This document shows, in pieces, positions 47,491 to 59,239 of a stretch of 64,000 nt of DNA (within the stretch, counting starts at the first letter, position 1; each line of letters opens with the position of its first letter). This DNA is from Octopus sinensis. Taxonomy: Eukaryota. The translations under genes and the position numbers were made by a program. The notes beneath the pieces were generated by a model, which ran no database searches, was not told the DNA's origin, and saw only the letters and a program-made list of their open reading frames with translations. Location: NCBI RefSeq assembly GCF_006345805.1, contig NC_043023.1:20026001-20090000 (forward strand). The letters are read 5' to 3'.

Positions 47491-50400
47491 TATATATGTG
47501 TGTGTATGTATGTATATATGTACGTATGTATGTGTATGTATGTATGTGCCAGACCCCTCTGGCACCTGTGCAGGTGGCACGTAAAAAGCATCCACTACAC
47601 TCTCGGAGTGGTTGGCATTAGGAAGGGCATCCAGCTGTAGAAACACACTGAGATCAGACTGGGCCTGGTGCAGCCTCTTGGCTTCTCAGAACCCGGTCGA
47701 ACCGTCGAACCCGTGTTAGCATGGAAAACGGACGTTAAATGATGATGATGATGTATATATGTGTGTGTATGTATGTATATATGTACGTATGTATGTGTAT
47801 GTATGTATGTATGTGCCAGCCACCCCTGGCACCTGTGCAGGTGGCACGTAAAAAGCACCCATTACACTCACGGAGTGGTTGGCGTTAGGAAGGGCATCCA
47901 GCTGTAGAAACACTGCCAGATCAGACTGGGCCTGGTGCAGCCCCTGGCTTCCCAGAACCTGGTCGAACCGTCCAACCCGTGCTAGCGCGGAAAACGGACG
48001 TTAAACGATGATTTGTGGGTTCTGTTTTTTTTGGTGGGTGGGGTCACTTTGTATAGCAATATAACACCTGTCTCTTTTCTTCCGCAGCTGTACATTCTAG
48101 ACACCCTTCATTTCTGCATGATGGTAGATACTGTCGATGCCCTGTCTGCTGGCGCCATGCTTACCTTTCGAAATCTTCTGAAGAAACCGAATGTCTCCAT
48201 CTGTGCCAAGGCAGCCATTTGCGTTCTTGATCTCAGGTATGTCGTTCTAGCTGTTGTTGTTGTTGTTGTTTAACCCCAAGTCCTGATCCAGACAGACCTA
48301 TGATCAAAGATGTTCCAGCTGTGACCATCCCATCTTTTATTCAGGCATAGTGTATCTAGGACTACATTATCTAATGTATAGTATAGGAGTTAGTATTAGT
48401 GGCTATAGTTGTGTTGCTTAACCCCAGGTCAGTCCTGATCCAGACAGACCTATGATCAAAGACGTTCCAACTGTGACCATCCCATCTTTTATTCAGACAT
48501 GGTGTATCTAGGACTACATTATCTAATGTATAGTATAGGAGTTAGTATTAGTGGCTATAGTTGTGTTGCTTAACCCCAGGTCAGTCCTGATCCAGACAGA
48601 CCTATGATCAAAGACGTTCCAACTGTGACCATCCCATCTTTTATTCAGACATGGTGTATCTAGGACTACATTATCTAATGTATAGTATAGGAGTTAGTAT
48701 TAGTGGCTATAGTTGTGTTGCTTAACCCCAGGTCAGTCCTGATCCAGACAGACCTATGATCAAAAACGTTCCAACTGTGACCATCCCATCTTTTATTCAG
48801 ACATGGTGTATCTAGGACTACATTATCCAATGTATAGTATAGGAGTTAGTACTAGTAGCTATAGTTATTGTTGTTATTGCTGCTGATAAACACACACGTA
48901 CATACATGTTATCATCATCATCATCATCATCATTGTTTAATGTCCGGTTTTCCATGCTGGCATGGGTTGGACGGTTTGACTGAGGTCTGGAGAGCCAGTG
49001 GCTGCACCAGGCTTCAATCTGATCTGATAATGTTTCTACAGCTAGATGCCCATCCTAATGCCAACCACTCCGTCAGTGTAGTATGTGCATTCTATGTGCC
49101 ACCAACACAGGAGCCAGTCAGGTGAGCATCACCCTTACCTTTGTAGCAGTTGACTCTGGTGCTGCTATACCAGTCATTGGGTATGACTCCTTCATGAACT
49201 CCCTCAGCGGTGATTCCTGATGGACCAGGTGCTTTCCCTCTCTTAATATCCTCGATTGCTTTATCTACCAGGGTACTGTCGATCCGGGTAGCTGGTCCCT
49301 CAATTGAATATGGTACTTAAGTTAAAGGCACCAGAATTTGGTATGGTATTATCCATCTCTCTCTATATAAACGGCAGTTTGTCTGTCTGTGTGTCTGTGA
49401 GGTTGTACCCTCACCCTGACCACGGCTTTCAACCGATTCTGATGAAACTTGACACACACATAGCCCAATATCATAAATCAAAACTAACGCAGCGAAAATT
49501 TTGAAAAGGTCCCCCAGTTCTGAAAAAAATCGATAAATTCGACATGGGGTCGAGAATGAGAAACACAAACCACAGACTGTCTAGGGGACTCAACTCGACC
49601 TTTTTAACTCTCAAAAAAAATTTACCATCATTTTTTTTCCATTTTTTTGCTATTTTTGGGCTATAACTCTCTAAAAATGCTTTATAGTTATTTCCCTTAC
49701 AAACCCGAGCAACGCCGGGCGATACTGCTAGTATAAACTAAATGAGGTGATTATAATCAAAATAAGCTACAAGGATATCCAAGGTAGAGTAGTACAATCG
49801 TTTCATGCTACTTCAATTAAATTATAGGCATCCAGCTGTAGAAAACTCTGCCAGATCAAGGTTGGAGCCTGGTGCGGCCATCTGGTTCGCCGGCCCTCAG
49901 TCAAATCGTCCAACCCATGCTAGCATGGAAAGCAGACGTTAAACGATGACAATGGTGATGATGATTTATATATACACACACATATATATATAAAAGCACC
50001 CACTGCACTCGGAGTGGTTGGCGTTAGGAAGGGCATCCAGCCGTAGAAACTCTGCCAGATCAAGATTGGAGCCTGGTGCGGCCATCTGGTTCGCCGGACC
50101 TCAGTCAAAATCGTCCGACCCATGCCAGCATGGAAAGCGGACGTTAAACGATGATGATGATGGTTTGTCTAATTGTTGCCCTCTTTCCTTTTGTCGGTTG
50201 CATCCCACCAGCGTTCCATTGGCAGGAAAAGAGAGGGCGGTGGAGGATGATGTTGTCGAGCCCCTTACAAGACTGCTGCTGCACAAAAGTGATGAAGTGA
50301 GGGCCAAGGCGGCTGGGGCTTTAACAATGTAAGTCTAATGAACACGACTCCTTTTTGTTTATCGATGGAAGTGTGTAAATATATGCAGAGAGTGGTGTGG

Positions 50401-51053
50401 CTCTGTTATGTGTTTAAGTATATGTGTGTGTTTGTATATGTGTATATATATATGTATATATCTACCTGTCTATCTATCTATCTGTCTAGCTATCTATCTA
50501 TCTATCTATATATCTGTCTATCTATCTTTCTATCTATCTATCTATATCTATATATCTGTCTATCTGTATCTATCTATCTGTCTGTGTACCCGTCTATCTA
50601 TCTATCTGTCTGTCTGTCTATCTATTTATCTATCTATCTATCTATCTATACATCTGTTTATCTATCTTTCTATCTATCTATCTATCTATCTATATCTATA
50701 TATCTGTCTATCTGTATCTATCTATCTATCTGTCTGTCTACCCGTCTATCTATCTATCTGTCTATCTATCTATCTGTCTGTCTGTCTATTCTCTCCTTTT
50801 ACGATCCCTTTTGATCGAAACTCCCCCTTCCTTTTTTTTTTTTTTTTTTTTTAAACCTTCAAAAGAAAAGCTCTACCTTGTAATTTGTTCTATCTGTGTG
50901 CAGCCCTGTGTGGCTAATAAAGAAACATATCTATCTATATATCTGTCTATCTATCTTTCTATCTATCTATCTATCTATCTATCTATATATATATATCTGT
51001 CTATCTGTATCTATCTATCTATCTGTCTGTCTACCCGTCTATCTATCTGTCTA

Positions 51054-51106
<53 letters not shown>

Positions 51107-51125
51107 ATATCTGTCTATCTATCTT

Positions 51126-51178
<53 letters not shown>

Positions 51179-53470
51179 CTATCTGTATCTATCTATCTAT
51201 CTGTCTGTCTACCCGTCTATCTATCTGTCTGTCTCTCTATCTGTCTGTCTCTCTATCTGTCTATATTATTAATTATAAATTGATTAATTAATTTTACCCT
51301 TTATTATGATTGATACATATATATATGTAGAGGCGCATATGTAGAGGCGCAATGGCCTAGTGGTTAGGGCAGCGGACTCGCGGTCGCAGGATCGCGGTTT
51401 TGATTCTCAGACCGGGCGTTGTGTGTGTTTATTGAGCGAAAACACCTAAAAGCTCTACAAGGCTCCGGCAGGGGGTGGTGATCCCTGCTGTACTCTTTCA
51501 CCACAATGGCGGTGCCCCAGCATGGCCACAGCTCAAGAGCTGAAACTGGAAAAACAAAAACAAACAATATACATATATATATGTATGTATATGTAATACA
51601 GTGTTGTTGCCTGTATGATATTTGCATACATCAAACTGTCCAAATCAATGTTTTATCTCTGATTTCTTTCCCTGTCACCCAGGATTGCCATCACAACTCC
51701 TGGCAAATTCAAAGCCCTACATGCTCTGGATACCCTTGTCTTTCTCACCAAAGACCAGAACAGTGAAGTAAGGACCAACGCATTGAAGGTAACTTTTTCC
51801 CCCTTTTTCAGACGCAAATGTTGTAGTGTGCAGGTACGTGCAGGTGTGAGTTGCTGGATTTGGTTAAAAAGAGACGATGAGCGATGGCTAGAAGTATATC
51901 TGTATACTAGCAGTATCGCCCGGCGTTGCTCCGGTTTGTAAGGGAAATAACTATAAAGCATTTTTAGAGAGTTATAGCCAAAAACTGGGAAAAAAATGAT
52001 GGTAAATTTTTTTTTTTGTTAAAAAGGTCGAGTTGCGTCCCCTAGACAGTCTGTGGTTTGTGTTTCCGATTCTCGACCCCATGTCGAATTTATCGATTTT
52101 TTTCAGAACTGGGGGAACTTTTCAAAATTTTCGCTGCGTTAGTTTTGAATTATGACATTGGGCTATGTGTGTGTCAAGTTTCATCAGAATCGGTTGAAAG
52201 CCGTGGTCAGGGTGAGGGTACAACCTAACAGACACACAGAAACACACACAGACAAACTGCCGTTTATATATAGAGAGATATAAAACTGTAGTTGTTTGAG
52301 TGTCTGTCCCCTTCGATTTACATTCCTAACTACTCCCACATTTTGCGGTGCAGTTTAACCAAAACCGGGTATCTTATAGTCGTGATTCATATCGAGCCCG
52401 TCTGAATATTAGCGTGTGTCTACGATGAGTCTACGATTTTAAAAATAATTTAACATAATTTTTTATTCCATTTTAATGCATAATTTTTCGTGTGTCGATG
52501 GCGGCGGAGTTGGCGTCCATGGTCACAGCTGCACCTGTGGGGAAGGGAGTGTAAGGAAATCAACGTCGTAATGCGTTGTCAAGGAGACCAGCGTTCTTTT
52601 AGAACAACGACTTCATGGCTTGAAGACACCAAAACAGAAATGGCTAAGAAAGCCCGAATTGGCATCTATAAGGGAAGTAACTCTCTAAAAATGCTTATAT
52701 AGTTATTTCCCTTACAAATCCGAGCAACGCCGGGCGATACTGCTAGTTGAGTATAACTTCATAACCAGCTGATCTAGCAAGCGGGGCCTCATATCAGTGA
52801 GGGGGGGCCGGTGCGCATTGATGTCGTCGAGAGGTAGGCCCCGAAACGGCGGCGCATTCTCTCCTGATGACCCCATACACTTGCTGGCTTCCGGTATACG
52901 GAGCTTTTAACTGGTAGCACTTGTATCTCTTTTTTTTTACTCTTTTACTTGTTTCAGTCATTTGACTGTGGCCATGCTGGAGCACCACCTTTAGTTGAGC
53001 AACTCGACCCTGGGACTTATTCTTTGTAAGCCCAGTACTTATTCTATCGGTCTCTTTTGCCGAACCACTAAGTTTACTCTTTTACTTGTTTCAGTCATTT
53101 TAACTGCGGTCATGCTGGAGCACCGCCTTTAGTCGAGCAACTCGACCCCGGGACTTATTCTTTGTAAGCCTAGTACTTATGCTATCGGTCTCTTTTGCCG
53201 AACCACTAAGTGACAGGGACATAAACACACCAGCATCAGTTGTCAAGCAATGCTAGGGGGACAAACACAGACACACAAACATACACACATACATATATAT
53301 ATATACATATATACGACGGGCTTCTTTCAGTTTCCGTCTACCAAATCCACTCACAAGGCTTTGGTCGGCCCGGGGCTATAGTAGAAGACACTTGCCAAGG
53401 TGCCACACATGGGGACTGAACCCGAACCATGTGGTTGGTTAGCAGCTACTTCCCACACAGCCACTCCTGC

Positions 53471-53502
<32 letters not shown>

Positions 53503-55503
53503 CGATGGGCTTCTTTCAGTTTCCGTCTACCAAATCCACTCACAAGGCTTTGGTCGGCCCAGGGCTATAGTAGAAGACAATTGCCCAGATGTCACACAGT
53601 GGGACTGAACCCGGAACCATGTGGTTGGTTAGCAAGCTACTTACCACACAGCCACTCCTGCATATATATAATATATATTATATATATATATATATATATA
53701 CGATGGGCTTCTTTCAGTTTCCGTCTACCAAATCCACTCACAAGGCTTTGGTCGGCCGGGGCTATAGTAGAAGACACTTGCCCAAGGTGCCACGCAGTGG
53801 GACTGAACCCGGAACCATGTGGTTGGTTAGCAAGCTACTTACCACACAGCCACTCCTGTGCCTATGTATGTGCAAGTTGTTTGCAAGACATCCCTTTAGC
53901 ATTCAGATTACTGTATCAAATGAAGGCACATGCCTCAGTGTGGTTAGTGTATCAGGCTCTCAGTCATGTGGTGGTGAGTTCAATTCCTGGACTGGGTTGT
54001 GTGTTTGTGATCTTGAGCAAGACTCAATTCCACATGGCTCCGGTACACACATCTGTAGAGATGTATTGTGACATCACAGGTGCCAAGCTGTATCGGCCCC
54101 TTTGCCTTTCCCTTGGATAACCTCAGTGGCAGGGAGTGGGGAGGTTGGTATGCATGGGCAACTGATGGTCTTCCATAAACAACCTTGCCCGGACTTGTGC
54201 CTCGGAGGGGAACTTTCTAGGTGCAAGCCCATGGTCATTCAAGACCAAAGGGGGTCTTTACCCATTACCCTATGTACATATAATGGTGTGGAGGGGGGTG
54301 GCTGGTATGCATGGGTGACTGCTGGTCTTCCATAAACAACCTTTCCTGGACTTGTGCCACTGGCAGCACTGGCATTGACCACACTCAAATAGTGCTTTTA
54401 TGTGCCACTGGCACGGGAGCCACTCAGGTGGCACTGTCATCAACCACGCTCGAAGAGCACTCCTTACGTGCCACTGGCAAATGAAAACATTTAATATACT
54501 TTATAGCATAACGAAGTGCCGGGTGCCTCCAAATCATGGAAGACCTGCATTATCCGAGATGGGGTTCCTTAGGAATTTGGATGCTTGGCACGGGGCCCCT
54601 CCTTGTGAAGACCTGTTGAGGCAAGTGAAAATCAAAAAATCAAATCAAAATCGAAGAACATCAATGGAATTTGTAGTGTTGTGATACCAGTGCCGGTGGC
54701 ACATAAGAAAACCATCCGAACGTGGCCGTAGCCAGCGCCGCATTGACTGGCCTCTGTGCTGGTGGCACGTAACAAACACCATCCGATCGTGGCCGTGCCA
54801 GCCTCGCCTGGCCTCCGTGCCGGTGGCACGTAAAAAACACAATCCGAGCGTGGCCATTCGCCAGCCTCGTCTGCCACCTGTGTCCGTGGCACATAAAAAA
54901 AACACCATCCGAGCATGGCCGTTCGCCAGCCTCGTCTGGCACCTGTGTCGGTGGCACATAAAAAAAACACCATCCGAGCGTGGCCGTTCGCCAGCCTCGT
55001 CTGGCACCTGTGTCGGTGGCACATAAAATCACCCACTACACTCTCGGAGTGGTTGGCGTTAGGAAGGGCATCCAGCTGTAGAAACACTGCCAGATCTGAC
55101 TGGCCTGGTGCAGCCTTCGGGCTTCACAGACCCCAGTTGAACCGTCCAACCCATGCTAGCATGGAAAGCGGACGTTAAACGATGATGATGATGATCTTTT
55201 TTTCGGTTACAGTAACAATTATAAAAGCAATTATGATAACTCTTTTACTCTCTTTTACTCTTTTACTTGTTTCAGTCATTTGACTGCGGCCATGCTGGAG
55301 CACCGCCTTTAGTCGAGCAAATTGATCCCAGGACTTATTCTTGTAAGCCCAGTAGTACTTATCTATCGGTTCTCTTTTGCGATCTGCTAAGGGACAGGGA
55401 CCGTAAAACACACCAGCATTGGTTGTCAAGCTATGCTAGGGGAACAAACAACACACACAACAACATACACACACACACATAATATATATATATAATATAT
55501 ATA

Positions 55504-55540
<37 letters not shown>

Positions 55541-57278
55541 TATGACAGGCTTCTTTCAGTTTCCGTCTACCAAATCCAGTCACAGGCATTGGTCGGCCCG
55601 GGGCTATGGGGGGGGGCTATAGCAGAAGACACTTGCCAAGATGCCACGCAGTGGGACTGAACCACATGGTTCCGGGTTCAGTCCACTGCGTGGCATCTTG
55701 GGCACACAATAATGATGTTTTTTTTTTTTTTTCCAGGCGTTGACTTGTCTGAGTGAGGCTCCAAGAGGCAGGAAAATTTTGCTGAATCACGTGGAAAAGG
55801 TATTTTCCATTTTTTTTTTTTTGTTTTTCACTTTCATCTAGTTTCAGCTCACGATCTGTGGCCATGCTGGGGGCACCGATGGAGATTGTATTTTGATTAC
55901 TCCCTAAATGATTGTGGTTTGGTGCGTGGGTCTGTGTGTGTGTGTGAGGGTGGGTGGGTGGGGTGTGGAGTCAGTAACGTGTTGGGATGAAATGCAATAT
56001 AGAATATATGAACTATAACATATATTGTTGAAAATACATACACAGACACACACACACACACACAGACATACACACATAGACACACACACATATATACACA
56101 CATAGATACAGACATAGACACACACACACACACACAGACATACACACATAGACACACACACATATATACACACATAGATACAGACATAGAGACACACACA
56201 TACACACACATAGACACACACACACACACATACACACGAGATACACACACACACAGACATACACACATAGACGCACACACATATATACACACATAGATAC
56301 AGACATAGAGACACATATACACACACATAGACACACATACACACATACACACGAAGATACACACACACACACAGACATACACACATAGACACACACACAT
56401 ATATATTTCTTTACTACCCACAAGGGGCTAAACACAGAGGGTGACAAACAAGGACAGACAAACGGATTAAGTCGATCATATCGACCCCAGTGCGTAACTG
56501 GTACTTAATTTAATCGACCCCGAAAGGATGAAAGGCTAAGTCGACCTCGGCGAAATTTGAACCCAGAACGTAACAGCAGACGAAATACGGCTACGCATTT
56601 CGCACAGCGTGCTAACGTTTCTGCCACACATAGATACAGACATAGAGACACACACATAGACACACACACATACACACAAAGATACACACACACAGACATA
56701 CACACATAGACACACACACATATATACACACATAGATACAGACATAGACACAACACACACACACACACACAGACATACACACATAGACACACATATATAT
56801 ACACACATAGCTACAGACATAGAGACACACACATATACACACACATTGACACACACACACACATACACACGAAGATACACACACAGACATACACACATAG
56901 ACACACATAGATACAGACATAGAGACACTCACATATATACACACACTCATAGACACATAGACACACATACACACATAGGCACATGCATACACACACATAC
57001 ATAGACACACAGACACACACACATGTACACAGACACATATAGACACACACATCATCATTTAATGTGTGTTTTATTTTGGTATAATTCGCCATGATAGATC
57101 GTTAGCCACTACACGCATTTTTTTTCTCTCCTTGTTTCTTTCTGTGTTCCTTTCTGTTGAAGAGCATAGGCTCGAAACGTAAAAGACTTTTTCTATTCCT
57201 GAGCGTTATACTAATACATCTATTTATTTTCTACGCACCTGTCTTCGTCCTTTTGTTTTTTCATGAACTGTCCCCTAA

Positions 57279-57315
<37 letters not shown>

Positions 57316-57320
57316 ATATG

Positions 57321-57375
<55 letters not shown>

Positions 57376-57690
57376 TAATCCAAACAAGAAAGCACAAAAA
57401 ACACAACAACGCGAGGACGTGGAACAAATATAATATTATTGGACGCTCAGGAAAGAAGGAGGGTTTAACGTTTCGAGCGGAGCTCTTTGTCGGAAACATA
57501 GGAGAAGGAAAGATCAGAGAAGGGAAGACAGAGAAAAAAATCACCAATATACACATATATACACAGACAGACACACAACATATATATATATTACACAGAT
57601 ATATATATGTATACTACATATATATACAACATATATATATACACATATATACATATATATATATACACATATATACATATATATTATATA

Positions 57691-57748
<58 letters not shown>

Positions 57749-57958
57749 GTACACAATATATATCATATAATATATATATGTACACATATATATATATATA
57801 TACATATATATATGTACACATATATACACATATACATATATATATGTACACATATATACATATATACACATATACATATATATTAATATATATATATACA
57901 CACACAACATATATACATATATATATATACACACATATATACATATAATACATATATA

Positions 57959-57994
<36 letters not shown>

Positions 57995-58120
57995 ATATAT
58001 ATAATATATACATATATATATTTATTATATATATATATATACACACCATATATACATATATATATTATATATATATATTATATATATACACACACATATA
58101 TACATAATTACATATATATT

Positions 58121-58152
<32 letters not shown>

Positions 58153-58534
58153 TACATATATATACATATATATTATATATAATATATATATATATATACA
58201 CACACATTATACATATATTTACATATATATATTTATATATATATATATATATACACACTATATACATATATATATAATATATAACACCACACCATATATA
58301 TATATACACACATATATATAATACAACACAATATATTATATATATATATTATATACACACACACATATATATATAATATATATAATATATGCACATATAT
58401 ATACATAATATAATATATATTATTGCATAAACTTTTTTTATTATTTGCAGATTCAAGTGTTGACCTCTGACCCTGTCCCGGCTGTTGCCAAGGCTGCATC
58501 TATAGCATTACAGGTCATTTGCTGGAAGCCGTAA
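31870..58534 (+). CDS. RSPH14: Radial spoke head 14 homolog (ARM/HEAT-repeat), full spliced CDS: join 31870-31962, 34435-34540, 37613-37699, 42230-42364, 46117-46193, 48088-48236, 50212-50328, 51683-51788, 55737-55799, 58451-58534
   Basis: Ten exons with AG/GT boundaries and matching phases sum to 1017 nt (338 aa + TAA). The translation [59 protein letters not shown]...[16 protein letters not shown]...[10 protein letters not shown] follows the RSPH14/RTDR1 sequence as I recall it (AYGHRALPKL, LCDLMHDPE, LTMLAEAPEGRK, AISVIEFKP). An in-frame TAA at 31828-31830 lies upstream of the ATG. Confidence 0.93.
31990..33350. mobile_element. Tandem array (about 5.4 x 253 bp) of a 222-bp piggyBac-type MITE
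   Basis: Each unit is TTAA|CCCTTTTGTTACC...GGTATCAAAAGGG|TTAA plus a short spacer. Unit starts near 31990, 32243, 32492, 32743, 32995 and 33249. Confidence 0.8.
33520..34330. mobile_element. (GAT)n-tailed SINE-like element with an internal variable minisatellite
   Basis: GGTTGGCGTTAGGAAGGGCATCCAGCTG core and GGACGTTAAAC(GAT)n-type tail, preceded by 50-70-bp repeats. Dozens of copies, e.g. 3770-4603, 54690-55195, 61140-61780. Confidence 0.75.
34435..34540 (+). CDS. RSPH14: RSPH14 coding exon 2 ([36 protein letters not shown])
   Basis: ACAG| acceptor, G|GTAAG donor, 106 nt, phase 0 to 1. Confidence 0.92.
34640..35360. repeat. (GGAT)n then (GGTA/GGGT)n G-rich microsatellite
   Basis: Direct inspection. 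Confidence 0.97.
35815..36930 (-). repeat. Second tandem array of the same SINE-derived unit (about 184 bp, about 6 copies)
   Basis: Same junction GCAGACGAAATACCTATTTC, with array-specific variant GACATAGGTATTAAGTCG. Confidence 0.92.
37192..37572 (+). mobile_element. Non-autonomous Helitron-like element (third subfamily)
   Basis: A|TC...TATATAAACGGCAG start, hairpin plus CTAG|T end. Sibling copies at 49356-49731 (+) and 51907-52278 (-). Confidence 0.75.
37613..37699 (+). CDS. RSPH14: RSPH14 coding exon 3 ([29 protein letters not shown])
   Basis: Pyrimidine tract plus AG, T|GTAAGT donor, 87 nt, phase 1 to 1. Confidence 0.92.
37728..39522 (+). mobile_element. RTE/RTEX-type LINE 3' region: about 198-bp internal segment repeated 5 times plus two 3' ends with (TGA)n tails
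   Basis: [14 protein letters not shown]...[18 protein letters not shown]...VQFAGHC...MMDREVWR is typical of the RTE-type ORF C-terminus. Confidence 0.88.
39620..40260 (+). pseudogene. Decayed retroelement ORF1/gag-like fragment with CCHC zinc knuckle
   Basis: 39725-39766 reads CHLCLE*GHIKKNC (CX2CX4HX4C with an internal TAG), one base out of frame with [21 protein letters not shown] Lys/Glu-rich segment follows. Confidence 0.6.
40340..42130. repeat. Large SINE-internal minisatellite (about 50-65-bp units) with higher-order structure
   Basis: GGCAACGGCCACGATCGGTTGGTGCTTTTTACGTGCCACC units. A block starting GGTTGATGCTCTTTACC recurs at 40381, 41181 and 41494. Confidence 0.9.
42230..42364 (+). 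CDS. RSPH14: RSPH14 coding exon 4 ([46 protein letters not shown])
   Basis: AAG| acceptor after a long C/T tract, G|GTAAGT donor, 135 nt, phase 1 to 1. Confidence 0.92.
43492..43578 (-). ncRNA. Type I hammerhead ribozyme-like motif (Penelope-associated type)
   Basis: Minus strand: stem I UCCUG/CAGGA, core CUGAUGA, stem II GCAA/UUGC with an AU-rich hairpin extension, GAAA, palindromic stem III ACUAUGCAUAGU, GUC cleavage triplet. Deviation: A-A instead of R-Y at the base of stem II. Confidence 0.55.
45643..46077 (+). mobile_element. Chimeric Helitron-like element
   Basis: The 5' 200 bp match 37192-37572. The 3' half is different and ends CCCGGGCAACGCCGGGCTATGCTGCTAG|T. Confidence 0.68.
46117..46193 (+). 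CDS. RSPH14: RSPH14 coding exon 5 ([26 protein letters not shown])
   Basis: CCAG| acceptor, GTG|GTAAGT donor, 77 nt, phase 1 to 0. Confidence 0.92.
46737..48010. repeat. Tandem array (5 x about 260-280 bp) of SINE fragment plus microsatellite units
   Basis: Each unit is the SINE 3' part, a (GAT)n tail and the same TATATGTACGTATG microsatellite signature. Confidence 0.9.
48088..48236 (+). CDS. RSPH14: RSPH14 coding exon 6 ([50 protein letters not shown])
   Basis: GCAG| acceptor, AG|GTATG donor, 149 nt, phase 0 to 2. Confidence 0.92.
48272..48866. repeat. Tandem array, about 150-bp unit x 4
   Basis: AACCCCAGGTCAGTCCTGATCCAGACAGACC...TAGTTGTGTTGCTT. A reverse-complement dimer lies at 5572-5821. 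Confidence 0.92.
49143..49310 (-). mobile_element. Internal fragment of an RTE-clade LINE ORF
   Basis: Minus strand translates [34 protein letters not shown]...EGVIPNDW...VNCYKGK (KAPGP and P-x-DW motifs preceding RT), with an internal deletion. Confidence 0.75.
49356..49731 (+). mobile_element. Non-autonomous Helitron-like element (third subfamily)
   Basis: A|TC start and CTAG|T end; near-identical to 37192-37572. Confidence 0.75.
50212..50328 (+). CDS. RSPH14: RSPH14 coding exon 7 ([39 protein letters not shown])
   Basis: CCAG| acceptor, AT|GTAAGT donor, 117 nt, phase 2 to 2. Confidence 0.92.
50455..51270. repeat. Duplicated (TATC/TGTC)n microsatellite blocks
   Basis: Two blocks (about 50455-50790 and 50928-51265) share the interruption TACCCGTCTATC. 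Confidence 0.95.
51683..51788 (+). CDS. RSPH14: RSPH14 coding exon 8 ([35 protein letters not shown])
   Basis: CCAG| acceptor, AAG|GTAACT donor, 106 nt, phase 2 to 0. Confidence 0.92.
51907..52746. mobile_element. Two Helitron-like elements back to back (51907-52278 minus, 52279-52746 plus)
   Basis: Outward-facing hairpin plus CTAG ends at 51907 and 52746. The 5' ends abut at about 52278. Confidence 0.7.
55737..55799 (+). CDS. RSPH14: RSPH14 coding exon 9 ([21 protein letters not shown])
   Basis: Poly-T tract plus CCAG| acceptor, AAG|GTATT donor, 63 nt, phase 0 to 0. Confidence 0.92.
56030..58425. repeat. Compound (CA/TAGA)n and (TA)n microsatellites in the last RSPH14 intron
   Basis: 56030-57050 and 57276-58425, interrupted by a SINE and Penelope-like remnants. 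Confidence 0.97.
58451..58534 (+). CDS. RSPH14: RSPH14 last coding exon ([27 protein letters not shown])
   Basis: TTGCAG| acceptor, TAA at 58532-58534. The C-terminal WKP matches the family ending. Confidence 0.92.
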   Translation: MQVLTSDPVPAVAKAASIALQVICWKP

Positions 58535-59239
58535 CCAATGGATACATACTTGATACACACACACCACACACACCCGCACATGATCCCTTCATCTGCTGCG
58601 GTCCTTGCTTCACTGAGCCCTAATTCTCAAACATAAAATTATATCTTTCTTCAAAATATCTTTTTTTCTTTTATAATTTTTTTTAGTTTAAGAATGACAT
58701 TGTAGGATAGGTGTGAGGTGCTGGATCCAGCCAGTTTGAACATAAAACAATGTTTGGACTGTGTATGACTAGTTCAATCCTCTTCAGACTCACACGTGTT
58801 TTGGTATTTGTAGTTAAAAAGACCAAATTTTTTTTCTACCGAGATTGAAATTGATGAGTGTATAAAGGAATCAAAGGATAAAGTGCCTAAAACTACTTTG
58901 TTCATCATCATCATCATCATCATAATAATAATAATAATAGTAATAAAAATAATAATAATAATAAACAGTGTGTACAGTGCTCAGGTGCACTACAACTCAT
59001 CTAAAGTGTATATATAATCAGGTGTAGTTTCGGTGGATTTCGGAAAGCATGAGGGCTTATCATCATCATCATCGTTTAACGTCAGCTTTCCATGCTGGCA
59101 TGGGTTGGACGATTTTGACTGAGGGCCGGCAAACCAGGAGGCTGCACCAGGCTCCGATCTTGATCTGGCAGTGTTTCTACAGCTGGATGCCCTTCCTAAC
59201 ACCAACCACTCCGAGAGTGTAGTGGGTGCTTTTTATGTG

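Noticed and set aside
52790-52870. Hammerhead-like topology here and at about 46285-46340 (-)
   Set aside because: Stems are suggestive, but the core reads CAGTGA rather than CUGANGA; too degenerate to call.
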